64,000 nt of DNA from Lama guanicoe. Its lineage: Eukaryota. The stretch spans positions 1,743,063 through 1,807,062 of the forward strand of contig MU053557.1 in the NCBI GenBank assembly GCA_013239625.1. The letters are read 5' to 3'. The notes beneath the pieces were generated by a model. It was not told the origin of the DNA. It saw nothing but the letters and a program-made list of their open reading frames with translations, and ran no database searches. Positions 12,851-26,559 of this stretch are shown here, one piece after another. The number at the start of each line of letters is the position of its first letter. Position 1 is the first letter of the stretch. Made by a program: the position numbers and the translations under genes.

Positions 12851-14189
12851 ATTAAATCCCTAATTTTTTTAAATGGTCCTAGAAGAACAAATGACAAAAT
12901 AAAAAGCACCATAATCTAATGTTTATGATTGATCCAAATTCTCTGTACCTGTGGTACAATAAAGCCATCCTATCAGGCCTGATGCTGAGGAGGTGGTGTC
13001 TTTCTTTTGAAGAATTTTTGGGAACATTTTACACACATGACTTGTAAGCCATTTACACACTGTAGTTCATACAGAAACATCTAATTGCTCAAAATATACT
13101 ATCTTTACAAGGCAATCAGGCAACCTGTAGAGGTTCCATTAAGCATACATATATTCATCCTCTCATGCGCCCCTCGCAACCTACTTATAACCACCATCAC
13201 TGCCCCATTAAGAATTGTGTTTCATTAAATACTCTTTCTCTGGAAATAGGAAGGATTCTCAAGAAATGTATTCTTAATGAGATTTTGAATGATCACCTGA
13301 ACTTGGAGGAATAACCCCTTTATCACAACCAGCCCCTCCTGTTCCTTTAGGAAGAACTATGATCTCTGGTTATTAACTGAGCATTTTATGAGCATAAAAT
13401 GGAAGACAGGAGAATCATAATTTAAGTCATGATCTGGCTTCTCAATTAAAGGGCTATTAAAAAGCAGTATAATCCTTCACCTCGGCCCCCAAGTACAAGG
13501 GTTGCAGTATGATTGGAAATCTTTCCCAGAATGTAAGCTAAGGGATGCTTTGGCCCAGCTCTGGTTGTGGCACATACAGAAAGTAAAGAGAAAATCAAAA
13601 ATGGAATCAAGAACAAGGAAGGTGGCTTGAAAACTTGCTTTGCTGTGCTGGCTGGAATTCATTCCTGGTCTCAGAGGAGTATTATCAGTGCTCTCACATC
13701 TAATCTACCAGAGCCACTAGGTCAGCTGGGCTTTGATGGCCTTCACTCCACATGGCTGCTCACACAGATGGCGGAGCTCAAGAATGGCTCCTCACACCTG
13801 TTCCTTTGGCCCAGGAGCTCTGAGAGCACAGAGCTGCGGTCGGGCCCCAGAGGTCCTTAAAATGAGTGTCAAGAAGAGATTCTAGAGCAGAAAGGCTACA
13901 TTTGATGAGGAGAGGGGTGTCAAAATCTAGTGTGATGTCTACACCTATCTTCCAGCCTAAAGGCAAGTTCATCCAAGTCCTTTTTATTTTCATGGGGCAT
14001 CTTGACATTTTGTCAGTTCTTTTGTTTTTTTTTACTTTTTCCTTCTTAATGGTAGATGAGGAGTGCTGGGTCCTGACCACTGATGCAAGGAGCATGACTG
14101 CCTCTTGGGACGTGGAGGCAGAGTGAGCCATTCAACAGGTAGGCCTGTGACACACAGATCTAGACTATGTGATCATGTTAATCACAATG

Positions 14190-14400
14190 ATAACAACTAC
14201 AACTGTGGTGTATTAACATGAGCTGGGCACTTGGTTAAATTCTTCACAGCAATCATCTCAATGATCCACATAAAAACTCCATGGGATGAATATCACTGTA
14301 GTATTGTCATCCCATTTTGCAGATGAGGAAACAGAAAGGTTAATGCCTTCTACATGCTACAGCCTTCTAAGAAAGGGTATAAGGCCATCTTGCTCTACTC
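14190..14400 (-). mobile_element. MIR SINE
   Basis: MIR core cccattttgcagatgaggaaacaga in reverse orientation. Confidence 0.7.
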
Positions 14401-15519
14401 TTAAAAACTGGCTCTTTCATAATGCTTTTCAAAATTCTTACATTAAATAAACCCTTCGGGTTGAAAACCGCTATTAATTACATATATTATCTGGAAAGCA
14501 CAGCACATAATCAGCCATTAAAATCTTAACCTTAATTATTTTATCAGATTAGCTAGCAGAGAGCAGGGACCTAATTAAGGGAGATACAAGGCATTTAAGC
14601 TTTAACGGGGATGAAAGATTCAAGACGTTACTGGAAAATGTCTACTCTTTGAGGTCAAGGACTCAAACTCTTGTAACTCTTGTCTCAGCATACCCACACT
14701 CTAACATTGTACTAGGTGTACAGTAGTGTTCCAAAAAATGCTTGTGGGTGGATGGATGAGTTGTTCTCACTGAAGACAACTGGGTTTCATGGAAAGTCAG
14801 TGGGCAACCTGAGGGAAATGGAGCTATGGGGGTGATCCCAAAGCTGAGGAGAAACAGCACTGATTGCCTATGGGAAGGGGAGCTAGGTGACTGGGGAAGG
14901 GGATCAGAAAAAGTTTCTTTTTTTTTTTATAGTCTACTCTTTTGTGCGTTTCACAGTCTATGCCTTTGTGTATACCTTACCCATTCCAAAAGTTAATTTG
15001 CTTTAAGTTGATACCTAAATGAGCAAGGAAGAACCTACAAGACCAATACTCTTCATTTCACAATTCTGCCTTGGGTGGCTCTGAGTAGACTGTACCAACA
15101 CACCCCATTACCTGCAAAGGTTTCCTTCCATTTCCCTAGTAAACTGTTCCTTCTTTGGTTTGTTAGTTCATGTAAGAGAAGCCAGGCTCTACGTAAGTTT
15201 CAGCATGCAGACCTTTCTGAAAGAGTTGGACGAATGAAAAGAGATCTCATTCACCAAAGAGCCATGCTGAGCCCATGGGGAAGGTCTGGGTGGTGGACCA
15301 CTGCCTACCTAACTTAAACACATTCACCTCAGACTGCAAAAGGGACTTTAATATTAATATTTTAGGTCAATACAAACATGGTATATACATAATACTCCCA
15401 CATTATCTCACTATTCCTGTGATTACTAAAATTCTAGAGTTCAACAAATTCTCAAAGAGAAAAATATACAAAGAAAATATATGTTCTTGGGGCTTCCCTC
15501 TCTCCATCAGGATGTGTTC

Positions 15520-15710
15520 TGCCAGTGATTAAACATGAAGCCTGGACCAACTCACTTACCTTCTCTATGATTCAATTTTCCTTGTATGAAAAATGGAGAT
15601 AAGCCACCAATTCTGCTTATCTCACAGGATCATGGAGATAATTAAAAGAAGTGACTATGGATGTGTTTTGTAAATGGAACTCCACACACAAGTGTAAAAG
15701 CACAACTATT
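15520..15710 (+). mobile_element. MIR SINE
   Basis: cacttaccttctctatgattcaattttccttgtatgaaaaatggagataa. Confidence 0.6.
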
Positions 15711-15959
15711 CCTTTCCCATTATCCACCCATTACAAAATTCTCCAGATTCTTAGTCCAATACTTCTCCCACCACACCCTGCAAGCCCCCTGCTACCTATG
15801 AAGTATTTTATACCACAAAGTTTCTTCCAAGGAATTAAAATGCTTGAAAGACCTTAAGAACATAATAAGTCACTGTATCACAACATCACTCAGTTATTAG
15901 TGGGCCACCCAAGAATCCATGTGGTTGTGTGCCTGCCTTGCTCCCAAGAAAACCAAGTA

Positions 15960-16300
15960 TCAGGTCCGGCAATTCTCCCCTTTATGCACCATGTGAGCTT
16001 GGATAAGTCCTACAACTTATCTGATCCTCAATTTTGTATATTTACAAAATGGGAATAAAAATACTTCCCTTCCTTATCTTATAAACTTACAGGGTGTGGG
16101 CTAAAAGTAATATGTCAAGATATCTCAAAAACATTAAAGACGACAGTCTTTGATGGCATATATTGTCTGCCCCATAGAAATATAAGCACCATGAGGAGAG
16201 AGGTTTGGGTTGTTTTATTCAGTGATGTATCCTCTGCATCTCAAATAGTGCCTGGGACATAATATGCATTCAGTAAATATTTGTTAATAATGAATAAATA
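15960..16300 (+). mobile_element. MIR followed by an L2 3' end
   Basis: gtgagcttggataagtcctacaacttatctgatcctcaatttt (MIR); aaatataagcaccatgaggagagagg...atagtgcctgggacataatatgcattcagtaaatatttgttaataatgaat (L2). Confidence 0.65.
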
Positions 16301-16488
16301 ATAAATTCAAGAACTCTACTGTGTCACCAATACTATTTTTCTAAATGTTCACATAAAATGTAAGGTCTAAAATTCAAAGCATCCTTTGGTGTACATATTA
16401 ATTTTATGTGTAAATTAACACCTCAATGTACATATTATAGAAGCAATTATCATCTAATACACAAAGAAACAGAGCATAGAAAACGATG

Positions 16489-18550
16489 ACGTACAATTTA
16501 CAGATTCAGTGCAACCTCTATCAAAATACCAATGGCATTTTTCACAGAACAAAGATAATTTTAAAGTTGGTATGGAAACACAAAAGACCCCAAAGAGCCA
16601 AACAAACTTGAGAAAGAACAGAGCTGGAAGAATCACACTCCCTGATTTCAGACTATACTATCAGGCTACAGTCATCAAAACAATATGGTACTGGCACAAA
16701 AACAGACTCACAACCTACGGAATGGAAGAAGATATTTGCAAAAGATGCAACAGACAAGGGATTAATTTCCAAAATATACAAACAGTTCATACAACTCTAA
16801 CAAAAAAACAAACAACCCAATCAAAAAATGAAGTATCACCTCACACCAGTCAGAATGGCCATATTAAAAACTACAAATAACAAATGCTGGAGAGGGTGTG
16901 GAGAAAAGGGAATCCTTCTACACTGTTCATGGGAATATAAGTTGGTGCAGCCACTAAGGAAAACAGTATGAAGGTTTTATATATACATACATATGTATAT
17001 ATATATACACACACACACATACTTTTATATAAATTTTTAGTTTTTTATATATAAGTGAATCCATTTGCTATACACCAGAAACTAACACAACATTGTAAAT
17101 CAATTACACTTCAATTAAAAAAAAAAGACACATAGATCAGCGGAATAGAATAGAGAGCCCAGAAACAAACCCACACACTTATATACGGCCAATTAATTTA
17201 CAACAAAGGAGGCAAGAATATAAAACAGAGAAAAGACCATCTTTTCAATAAGTAGTGCTGGGAAAAATAGACAGCTACAAGTAAAAGAATTCAATTAGAA
17301 CATTCTCTAACACCAAATACAGAAATAAACTCAAAATGGATTAAAGACCTAAATGTAAGATCCAATATCATAAAACTCCTAGAGGAAAACATAGGCAGAA
17401 CACTCTTTGACATAAATCGTAACAGTATTTTTTGGATGTCTCCTAAAACAAAGGAAATAAAACCGAAAGTAAATGGGACCTAATGAAACTTAAAAACTTT
17501 TGCAAAGAAAAGAGAACCAATGACAAAAAGACAACTTACTATATGGAAGAACATATTTGCAAATGATATGAGTGATAAGGGATTAATATCTAACACACAT
17601 GAACAGCTCATACAATTCTGCACAAAAAAAAAAACAAACAACCTGATTAAAAAATAAGCAGCACACTTGAACAGACATTTTTCCAAAGAGAAAATGCAAA
17701 TGGCCGACAGGCACAAGAAGAGATGCTCAGCATCGCCAGTCATCAGGGAAATGCAAATCAAAACCACAAAGAGCTATTACCTTACACTTATCAGAATGGC
17801 TATCATCAAAAAGAACACAAATAATAAATGTTGGTGAGAATGTAGAGAAAAATGAACCCTCATACACTTGTTTGTGGGAATTTAAACTGGTGCAGCCACT
17901 GTGGAAAACAGTATGAAAGTTTCTCAAAAAAACTAAAAACAGAATTGCCATATGACCCAGCAATTCCACTCCTGGGTATATATCTGAAAAAAAATATTAA
18001 TTCAAAAAGACACATGAACCCCAATGTTCATAGCAGCATGATTACAACTGCCAAGATCTGGAAGGAACTTAAGTGTCCATCAACAGATGAACGGATAAAG
18101 AAGATGTGGTCTATATATAAACATTTGTAATGCTACTTAGCCATAGAAAAGAATGAAATTTTGCCATTTGCAGCAACATGGATGGACTTGGAGAGCATTA
18201 TGCTAAGTGAAGTAAGTCAGACAAAGACAAATACTATATCATTTATATGTGGGATCTAAAAAATACAACAAGCTAGTGAATAATAAAAAAAAAAACAAAA
18301 CAGACTCAGACATAGAGAACACACTAGTGGTTACCAGTGGGGAGAGGGGCAATACAGGGATAGGGATTAAAAGGTACAAAAAAGTATAAAATAAGCTACA
18401 AGGATATATTATACAACACAGGGAACATAGCAAATATTTTATAATAACTATAAATGGAAAATAAACTTTAAAATTGTGAATCATCATATTGTACATAATT
18501 ACAACTTACATAATATTGTACATCACCTATACTTAAAGTAAAAGAAAAAA
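16489..18550 (+). mobile_element. 5'-truncated L1 (ORF2 C-terminal half plus 3'UTR)
   Basis: Peptides [31 protein letters not shown] and [18 protein letters not shown]-rich tail; TSD agaaaac(g/c)atg at 16478-16488 and 18551-18561. Confidence 0.95.
16711..17119 (+). mobile_element. Nested mini-L1 made of three non-contiguous L1 segments
   Basis: Host ORF2 stops at aaaaacagac and resumes at agacacatagatc (about 17126); the insert has its own 3' end and polyA; TSD-like aaaaacagactca (16698-16710) and aaaaaaagacaca (17120-17132). Confidence 0.85.
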
Positions 18551-19294
18551 AGAAAACCATGTTCTAGACACTACAGTGATTGTGGCACCTGCAAACAGGG
18601 AAATCACTCTCTGAAAACTTGGCCTTAGATATTTTCAGAACTAATTAAGTAATTGCACTATTTAAAAATAACATCTAACCAATAATAAGGGGAAAACAAA
18701 GGTAAAAGAAATTAGAAGCCACTAAGGCTTAACTAAGCAAGAACTGAGATGCCGGGTCTTTGGAGAGTAGTTTTAATGGTCGATCTCAAATCCTACATCC
18801 TGCCTCATCCCATTCTGAGAAGGCACTCTCTCTTACCCTTGGATAAACACAGATCCCAGAGCCCTGGACCCTTCTCTTATATAAGGTAAATTGTGAACAG
18901 TTAGAAATGGTCACCATTGACACCCTTCTTAGACCCTAATTTTGCAATCTCTACCAAAAACAAATAAACCTTAAAACTGTGCCCTTTGACCCATTAATTA
19001 AAATGAAACTATAACCTACTTAAATATTCAACAATAAAAAGTTGATCATTTTAAAAAGTAATTGCTTTCATACAGTGATCTCTAGAAAAAAATCACATCC
19101 AGAATGCCCCTTGGTCTCTGAGAGCAGTCTCTCATGAAGGCACAGTACTTAATTTACAAACCACAGATACTGTATTACTGGAGACTCTACTTGATCAGGG
19201 ATAGACCAGGCTGAGAATATATCCATTTTACAGATTAGTAAGTGTTCTCCATAAGTTTAGGAGACCTGCCTGTGGACAAAAGCTGGTAGGTAGT

Positions 19295-19920
19295 TGTGGT
19301 AGGAAAAATAATATGGCAACCCCCAAGACTCCCACATCCTGGAGTACAAATCCTGTATAGTCCCCTCCCCTTGAGGGACCTGTGAACATGACAGGATATC
19401 ATTCCATGATTGTGTTATGTTATATGGCAGAAGGGATATTTTTTCAGATAGAATTAAGATCCGTCATCAGCTGACTATGAGTTAATCAAAAAGGAGGTTA
19501 TCCTGGGTGGGCCTGACCCAATCAGGTGAGCCCTTAAAGGCAGTCTGAGAAATTCAAAGTGAGAGAGAAATTCTGCAATTGGCCATGAAGGGGCCAACTG
19601 CCATGGTGTAGAGAGGAGGGCAAGTGGCAGGGTATAACAAGTGGCCCCTGGGAGCTGAGATCAAGCAGCAACCTCAGTTCTGTGGCTACAAGAAAATTAA
19701 TTCTGTCAACACCAAACGACTTTGGAAAGAAGCTTCTCCCAAGTCGAGCCTCCAGATGAACACAGCTAGCCAAGACCTTGCTTTCAGCTCTGTGAGGTCC
19801 TGAGCAATTAACCCATGCCTAGACTCCTGACCCACAGACACTTGCAGATAATAAATCTGTGTTGTTTTAAGCCACTAAGCATGTGGCAACTTGTTATGTA
19901 GCCATTAAAAAATTAGTACA
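19295..19920 (+). mobile_element. MaLR solo LTR (MLT1E-like)
   Basis: TG...CA termini, 5-bp TSD gtagt at 19290-19294 and 19921-19925, MLT1 end motif ataataaatctgtgttgttttaagccactaag. Confidence 0.9.
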
Positions 19921-20859
19921 GTAGTGGAACAGGTTCTAGAATCAAGTCACTCACCAGCTAGGGACTGATTTTCAGGGCCAATGTGCTTCATGCCCATGCC
20001 CAGTTCCCCAGGTCTGAGATCTGAGTCCGTCTCAGCATGAAGAGCAAACACTGATTCACTTGTTCCCTCTTTCTCCCTTCAACCACAGCAGAAGCACACA
20101 GCCAGCAACAGAGGAGATAAACAACATGCCCACAGGGTCAAGAAAAAGAGCTCTGATCATCTCTAACAAACCTACAGGACTGATCCTTTTGACAAGGGGA
20201 TCAGACAAGCTCTGGGTTGGAAAGCTCTGCATCAACAGATTCCTGTACCGTCTGCTGTTCTGATTTCCTAGTGCTCCCAAGTGCACTCAGTCATGGTCAG
20301 ATCAGCTGCCCTACTTGTATCCCTCTAGAGTAGATGGTGCTGGCTTTGGGTCTCATTAGAGTAAATGGGCACTGTTTTCCCCAGCTTGTCACTTCTTGGT
20401 AAATGGGGTCTCTTAGAAAGCAATGCAATCACTTCTAGAAAAATTCTGTGAGGTGGTTCCTGATACCCAAGAAACAGTGCCCCAAGTATGCAAAGGCCAT
20501 GTTTCCAGCATCCTCAAAGCAGGAGATAGGATCCCTTTCCTGGGAGAGCACACACAGCTCAGTTCCTCTCAGTAATCTCTAGAAACATTGCCAAACATGA
20601 TAAAAAAAAAGTGCATCCCACCCTCATCCCACCCCCTCACAACCAAGTACATTCTGCACATCAGCAGGGTGAAGGTATAATCCAGGAAAATAAGCTGCCT
20701 TCTTTTCTCCCATATTCTGGGGAGCTTTAGGGAAAGGTAAACACAGACACATGTGCCTGGGCAACTTCAAGAGCCTCAGAGTTGGTCTTCTTGCTGCTGG
20801 TGTTGGTTCCTTCAATCCCTGTTCTTCAATCTGCTGAGTTATCCTTCTAAAACACAAGT

Positions 20860-21070
20860 ACGACACTGTGCTAAACACCTTATATTCATTATCTTATTTA
20901 ATCCGTACAACCCTGTATGTGTTGTTATACTCAATACAAAAATGAAAAAAACTGGACAAGAGTAGTTAAATAATACTGCTTAGGTCACCCAGCTAAGAAG
21001 GAGAGGAGCAGAAATCAAACACAGATTTAACTCTGCAACCCACACTCATGACCACTTTTACATACTGCTT
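20860..21070 (-). mobile_element. MIR SINE
   Basis: cactgtgctaaacaccttatattcattatcttatttaatccgtacaaccctg...taggtcacccagctaag. Confidence 0.7.
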
Positions 21071-21929
21071 CCAATATCATCCATCTGTCTGTAACTCACA
21101 CTGACAGCCAGCATCACCCAAGCTTGTGCCTAAAGAACACGCTCAGAACTGCTCTCTTTCTGCCTAAGCGCTCAGAACAAAGAGAACCTCCAGGCACACC
21201 AACCCAAATAACTTCTCACTCCAGGGGTATTCAAATCCCAAAGCTACTTTCACCAAGCATCTGGGTGCTTGTCCCAAATCCTGACCTATTTCCAACTTGT
21301 GTAATTGCGTTGTTTTCCTAATTGCCCTTCGGTGTTCCGCTGGGTGAAACCATCGCCTCGCCTGTCCTCAGCCACTAAGAAATGCTGCCAGGCAGCCATT
21401 AAACAGCTGTTTCTATCCACCAGAAGAGGTAGATACATATCTAAAGGGAACAGAAATATTTGCTCAGAATTTCACAACTTAGACAGAAAATTGCCTGGGA
21501 GTTCTTTGGGGAGCAAAGACTCCAAACTTTGAAGATGTATACTCTTCAAGAATTAACCTAGTGATAAAACTGTAGCCTTTGGAGAAGTATTACTGGATTG
21601 CTTCATTTTCTTTAATGCAAATAATTCCTTTGGAGGTGAGAAAATCACCCTTTCTCCCTTTCCAAGTTATTTCCACTATTTTCAAAAACTATCTTCTCAT
21701 CAAAACTACTCTGGTAATGGAAGGAGGAAGTGCACTGCTCAAGGAAGGAAATAATCAAGCAGAGAACGAGCCTCCATTATTTATGGGGTCTGAATAAGGG
21801 CAACTAAGCTTCAGACTGAAGGTTAGACCCAAAGACTCTCCCAGCTAGAACTATTTCAGGTTTGATTGACATCAGAAACTGATCATGAAAAGATATCTAG
21901 TCTTAAAGGTCTTCAGATACACTGAAATA

Positions 21930-22175
21930 ATGATATAATAGCAGTAACATTTATTGTGCACTACATTACAGATATTTAACATGTATTATTCCGTATAAAA
22001 TTATCAAAACCCAACGTGGTAGATACCACCATTGCCACCATCTCATAGGTGAGTAAATAAAATCTCAGAAAGGTCAAGCTATTTGTCCAGTGCCCCACAC
22101 CTGGCTAGGTGGGTCCAGGACTCAAATTGAAGACTCTCAGACTCCAGAACCTAACTTTCTCATTTCTACCCCACA
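21930..22175 (-). mobile_element. MIR SINE
   Basis: ccatctcataggtgagtaaataaaatctcagaaaggtcaagctatttgtccagtgccccacac. Confidence 0.65.
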
Positions 22176-24469
22176 TTATGTCTATAATCTTCAATATTGT
22201 GTTTGCTCCTTGGCAAAGTCTCAAAGACTTGCCCAGAAAAGGGACTTCTCTCTGCCAAAGAAAGCAGTTCTCAGAACTGATTCACACACTTCATTATCAG
22301 AAGAAATCTTTATGAAGAAGAAATGAATAATGGATAACCAACTTGAAAAGAAACCCAATATAAGAAGGAGATGGCACATTAGGACCTAGAGAACTTAACA
22401 CTCTGCCTTTTGAAAAGGACAATGGAAAAAACCAGAGAGGTCACTGGTTCCAACAGCCTTTTTGAACTGATCAGCAACAGAAAAGTGACTTTTTCTAAGT
22501 CTCACCATTACCTTTGTGGTCCAAATGTGAAAGCACTCCTAACATACTTCACAGTCACGAGCAGTGTCACTTGTAGTATTATTATTACTTATCAGCATTA
22601 CTGTGACTACTACTATAATGATGATGACTACTGTGATTTTATTAGAAAGCCTGTGAGATACTTGACTCAAGTGTTGTACACAGTGTTCCCCACTAAACGG
22701 CACTAGGATATACTCTGGCACTTGTGCTCTGTGTATGTGATGACGGTGCACACTGCTGTGGCATATTCAAAGCAGCTTTTATCCTAAAATGACATAGTCC
22801 TCCTTACCCCACCCTCATATGCACACACACACTCTCCACCCCATTCTTTTGTTGAACTGACCTCCGAGTACCTCACACTATCTGAAATGATCTTGTTTGT
22901 TTACGTCAGTCCCCTCCCCTTACTATGTAAGATAAGCTCTAGGAGAGCATGACTCATATTTGATGCCACTACACCCCAGAGCCTTGAATTCGCTATTTTT
23001 GAACCAAGGATGGTAGGTAGTACTGACATCAGTCAGTGCAACACATGCATGTTTTCTTTTACCCAGATCAGTCTGGAGCAAGATGGAGTCTATGAACAAC
23101 AATAAAAAAATGGGAAGAACCTAGAACATTTCTATATTTTTTTTATCTTACAATGATTTGATCCTCGGCATCATAGGTTTTTTTTTTAATCAAATAAAGG
23201 TTGTAAATAGCATGAATTCTTTTTAGCACTTGGGAATCAGAGAAAAGCCTTTATCAGTTGTCCTAACTTGTTTTTTATTTGATGAAAACAGGTGTAGCCA
23301 TTACTCAGTACTTGACAATTCTGGGCACAAGAGTTCATGCCACGTTGGGCTGAAGCAAGTTAAAGCCTAGCTAAGATAATATGTTAGAGCTTAGATAATA
23401 GTTTAGACCTGGATTACATGGTGCTTTAGTTCTAAGAATCTTTTCTTCAAGAGAATCAGTCATCAAATGAACAACAAAATGATCAAGCCATACAGTGGTA
23501 TCCCCCAAAACATGTAACTCTGGCTTTGAAAGACTACTTAACCAAGGTCCCTACATAGCAGGTTTGAATTTATACCTAATAGTTAGAAGGAAAACTAGTA
23601 TTTCCTACATAAAATTCTAAGAAGACAACTTTGGGTCATATTATACTGTTAGGGTACAACCTCAGAAGTCCAAACATTGTACACTGAATACACTAAGGGT
23701 ATGGGTAAAGGTGAGTTAATTATTATAAAATCAACTTTTAAGAAAACAAAGCCCAGCTTGAAAAGTAGAGGGAGGAAAGCAAGGTGGGGGGGTTCATAGT
23801 GGTATGAGTACAGGTAGAATGCATTGCTTCTGCCATCTGGAGGCCTCTGGTTAAAATGTTCCATGCCAAATTCCCTGAGAACTATCTCAAGCATTCAGAC
23901 CAAAAGATCTGGCACTAGCATGTTGCTTTAGGGTCACGGGACAATGCTCTAGATCCACTGAGGTTGCAAACATAGCACCTCAATGTCTCATCACAGCCCC
24001 AAGGCTCCTTCACCTCAAATTGTAGCCTATCCTCCTTTTTCCTGCTTAAATTGATCTGAAACCTATTCGAGTCTAATGTCAGGAAAAGTGCCTGGGGTTG
24101 GCCCTCAGAGATATTTCCTCTGGTCCATACAATTGGTGTATAAAAAAAAAATGAACCAATATTTATAAATGGAAAGTTCCGTATTGGTAGGAAAAATCAG
24201 CTTTCCCGACTCTCTTGAATTTAATGTTCCCTTTGGCACTCAGTCTATATTCCCAGATGGCAACAAATCAGCTGAAGCTGAAGACAATCTGCCCCCTGCA
24301 GACAGGGTATGTGCTCTCCAGTTTTGCACAATCTCCACCATCCTTTACTGTATCCCAACTTTAAGATTTGATGTTATTGGCACTTATCATTGCACTCTTA
24401 TTAAATAGTACACACACATTTCTTGGAATCAGAATCTCTATCGAAAATTGGAAATCAAAAGACAAACAG

Positions 24470-26520
24470 GACTATGTTTTTCAAGAAGAATCAAAAATTT
24501 ATTTGAAAAAGGCAAGGACAAGCAGATCCAAGACAACTTTCAAGTACTGACTGGAGGATTCATCCCCCAGATAACAAAGTGTAGTAATTAAGACAGTGTG
24601 ACATTGGTACATGGAAAATACTCAATAGAATAGAATCCAGAAACACTTAGATAGATGACTGTCTGATAGACAGATGATAGGCAGATAGATGGCAACATGA
24701 CATATGACACTGCTAATCAAGGAATAAAGTTGGCTTGTTCAATAAATAGTGAATATCAATATTGTAAAATAAATTATTTTATGCCAGTTCCTCCTGTGTT
24801 TAAGTTCTAAATGCAAAAGAGACAAAATTGTAAAACTTGATAAAATATAGGAAAATACATTTATGATACTGAGTTAGGAAAAAAATTGCTTGAATAATGA
24901 ATATAAAGTGCAAACCATAGGGAAAAGATAAATTTGACTATTTAAAATATAATAGTTCTCCTCAACAAGAAGTCACCATAAATAAAATATAAACCACAAT
25001 CTGAAAGAAGGTATCTGCAAAACATATAACTGGCAAAAGATTTGTATCCACAACTATTACACATCAATATGGAAAAAAAGAACAGAAAATAGATAAATGA
25101 TATTAACAGAGTTTCAGAACAGAACTTCTGAATCACCAATAACATAAGAAATGGTAAACTTTATTGAATAATAAGAGAAATGCAAATTAAAACAATAATG
25201 AGATGTCATTTCATATATATTAATGGCAAAAATAAATAAACTTGATAGTACCAAGCATTGGTTCTAATGTAGAAAAGTGGGGACTTTCACATAACTGGGG
25301 GAAGTACAAATTGTTTCACGCCCATTTTAGTAATAAATTAGATGTAATTAGTAAAGTTGAAGGTGTGTATACATTTTTACAAAATTTGTTGTGGCAAAGC
25401 AGATGTGTATAAACGTTAGTTCCGTAAGTCTACTTACAGGTATATTCTGATATTCTTGTACATGTGCTGGATGTGTCCAAGAATGAATTAGCACTTTATT
25501 TATCAACATGAATGTATTCTAAAATATAATGGTGGGTTTTTAAAAAGTGTACTAAAACAGAATGGCCATCATTCAAAAGTCCACAAATGACAAATGCTGG
25601 AGAGGCTGTGGAGAAAGGGAAACCTCCTACAACTGCTGGTGGGAATGCAGTTTGGTGCAGCCACTGTGGAAAACAGTATGGAGATTCCTCAAAAGACTAG
25701 GAATAGACTTACCATATGATCCAGGAATCCCGCTCCTGGGCATATATCCAGAAGGAACCCTACTTCAAAATGACACCTGCACCCCAATGTTCATAGCAAC
25801 ACTATTTATAATAGTTAAGACATGGAAACAGCCTAAATGCCCATCAACAGATGACTGGATAAAGAAGAGGTGGTATATTTATACAATGGAATACGATTCA
25901 GCCATAAAAACTGACAACATAATGCCATTTGAAGCAACATGGATGTTCCTGGAGAATGTCCTTCTAAATGAAGTAAGCCAGAAAGAGAAAGAAAAATACC
26001 ATATGTGATCGCTCATATGTGGAATCTAAAAAATAAAAAAAAAAACACAAACAGACTCATAGACATATAATACAAACTTGTAGTTGCCAAGGGGGTGGGG
26101 GGTGGGAAGGGACAGAGTGGGATTTCAAAATGTAGAATAGATAAACAAGATTACACTGTATAGCACAGGGAAACAGATACAAGATTTTATGGTAGCTCAC
26201 AATGAAAAAAAGTATGACAATGAATATATATATGTATGTTCATGTATAACTGAAAAATTGTGCTCTACACTGGAATTTGACAACATTGTAAAATGACTAT
26301 AACTCAGAAAAGAATATTTTAAAAAGTGTACTAAAATATAATTTACAGAGTTAAACACTAAATAACATTTGAAAGTACTAAAAAATTCGATATTTTTTCA
26401 TAGACCCATGCATATGAGGCAAAAGTACTTTTTTTTAATCATGAAAACAATAAAACTTTATCCTCAAGGTAATAGTTATCTTCAGCAAGGAAAGATAACT
26501 AAGATTGAGTTCCCATTGTT
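24470..26520 (+). mobile_element. Old L1ME-like ORF2/3' remnant, interrupted by a young L1
   Basis: aaagtgtagtaattaagacagtgtgacattgg; gaaatgcaaattaaaacaataatgagatgtcatttc. Confidence 0.7.
25558..26320 (+). mobile_element. Young 5'-truncated L1
   Basis: 148-aa ORF 25562..26008 is the ORF2 Cys-rich C-terminus ([18 protein letters not shown]...[15 protein letters not shown]); 16-bp TSD aaaaagtgtactaaaa at 25542-25557 and 26321-26336, at a canonical TT/AAAA site. Confidence 0.97.
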
Positions 26521-26559
26521 TTTGCTAAAGAATTAGTTGTTAATTTTATTGATTTTTTT

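Noticed and set aside
20760..20846. Minus-strand exon-like frame RITQQIEEQGLKEPTPAARRPTLRLLKLP
   Set aside because: No good GT donor, and the acceptor abuts MIR sequence.
26091..26111. G-quadruplex motif gggggtggggggtgggaaggg (similar at 38998-39018)
   Set aside because: This is the standard G-rich tract of L1 3'UTRs and is not locus-specific.
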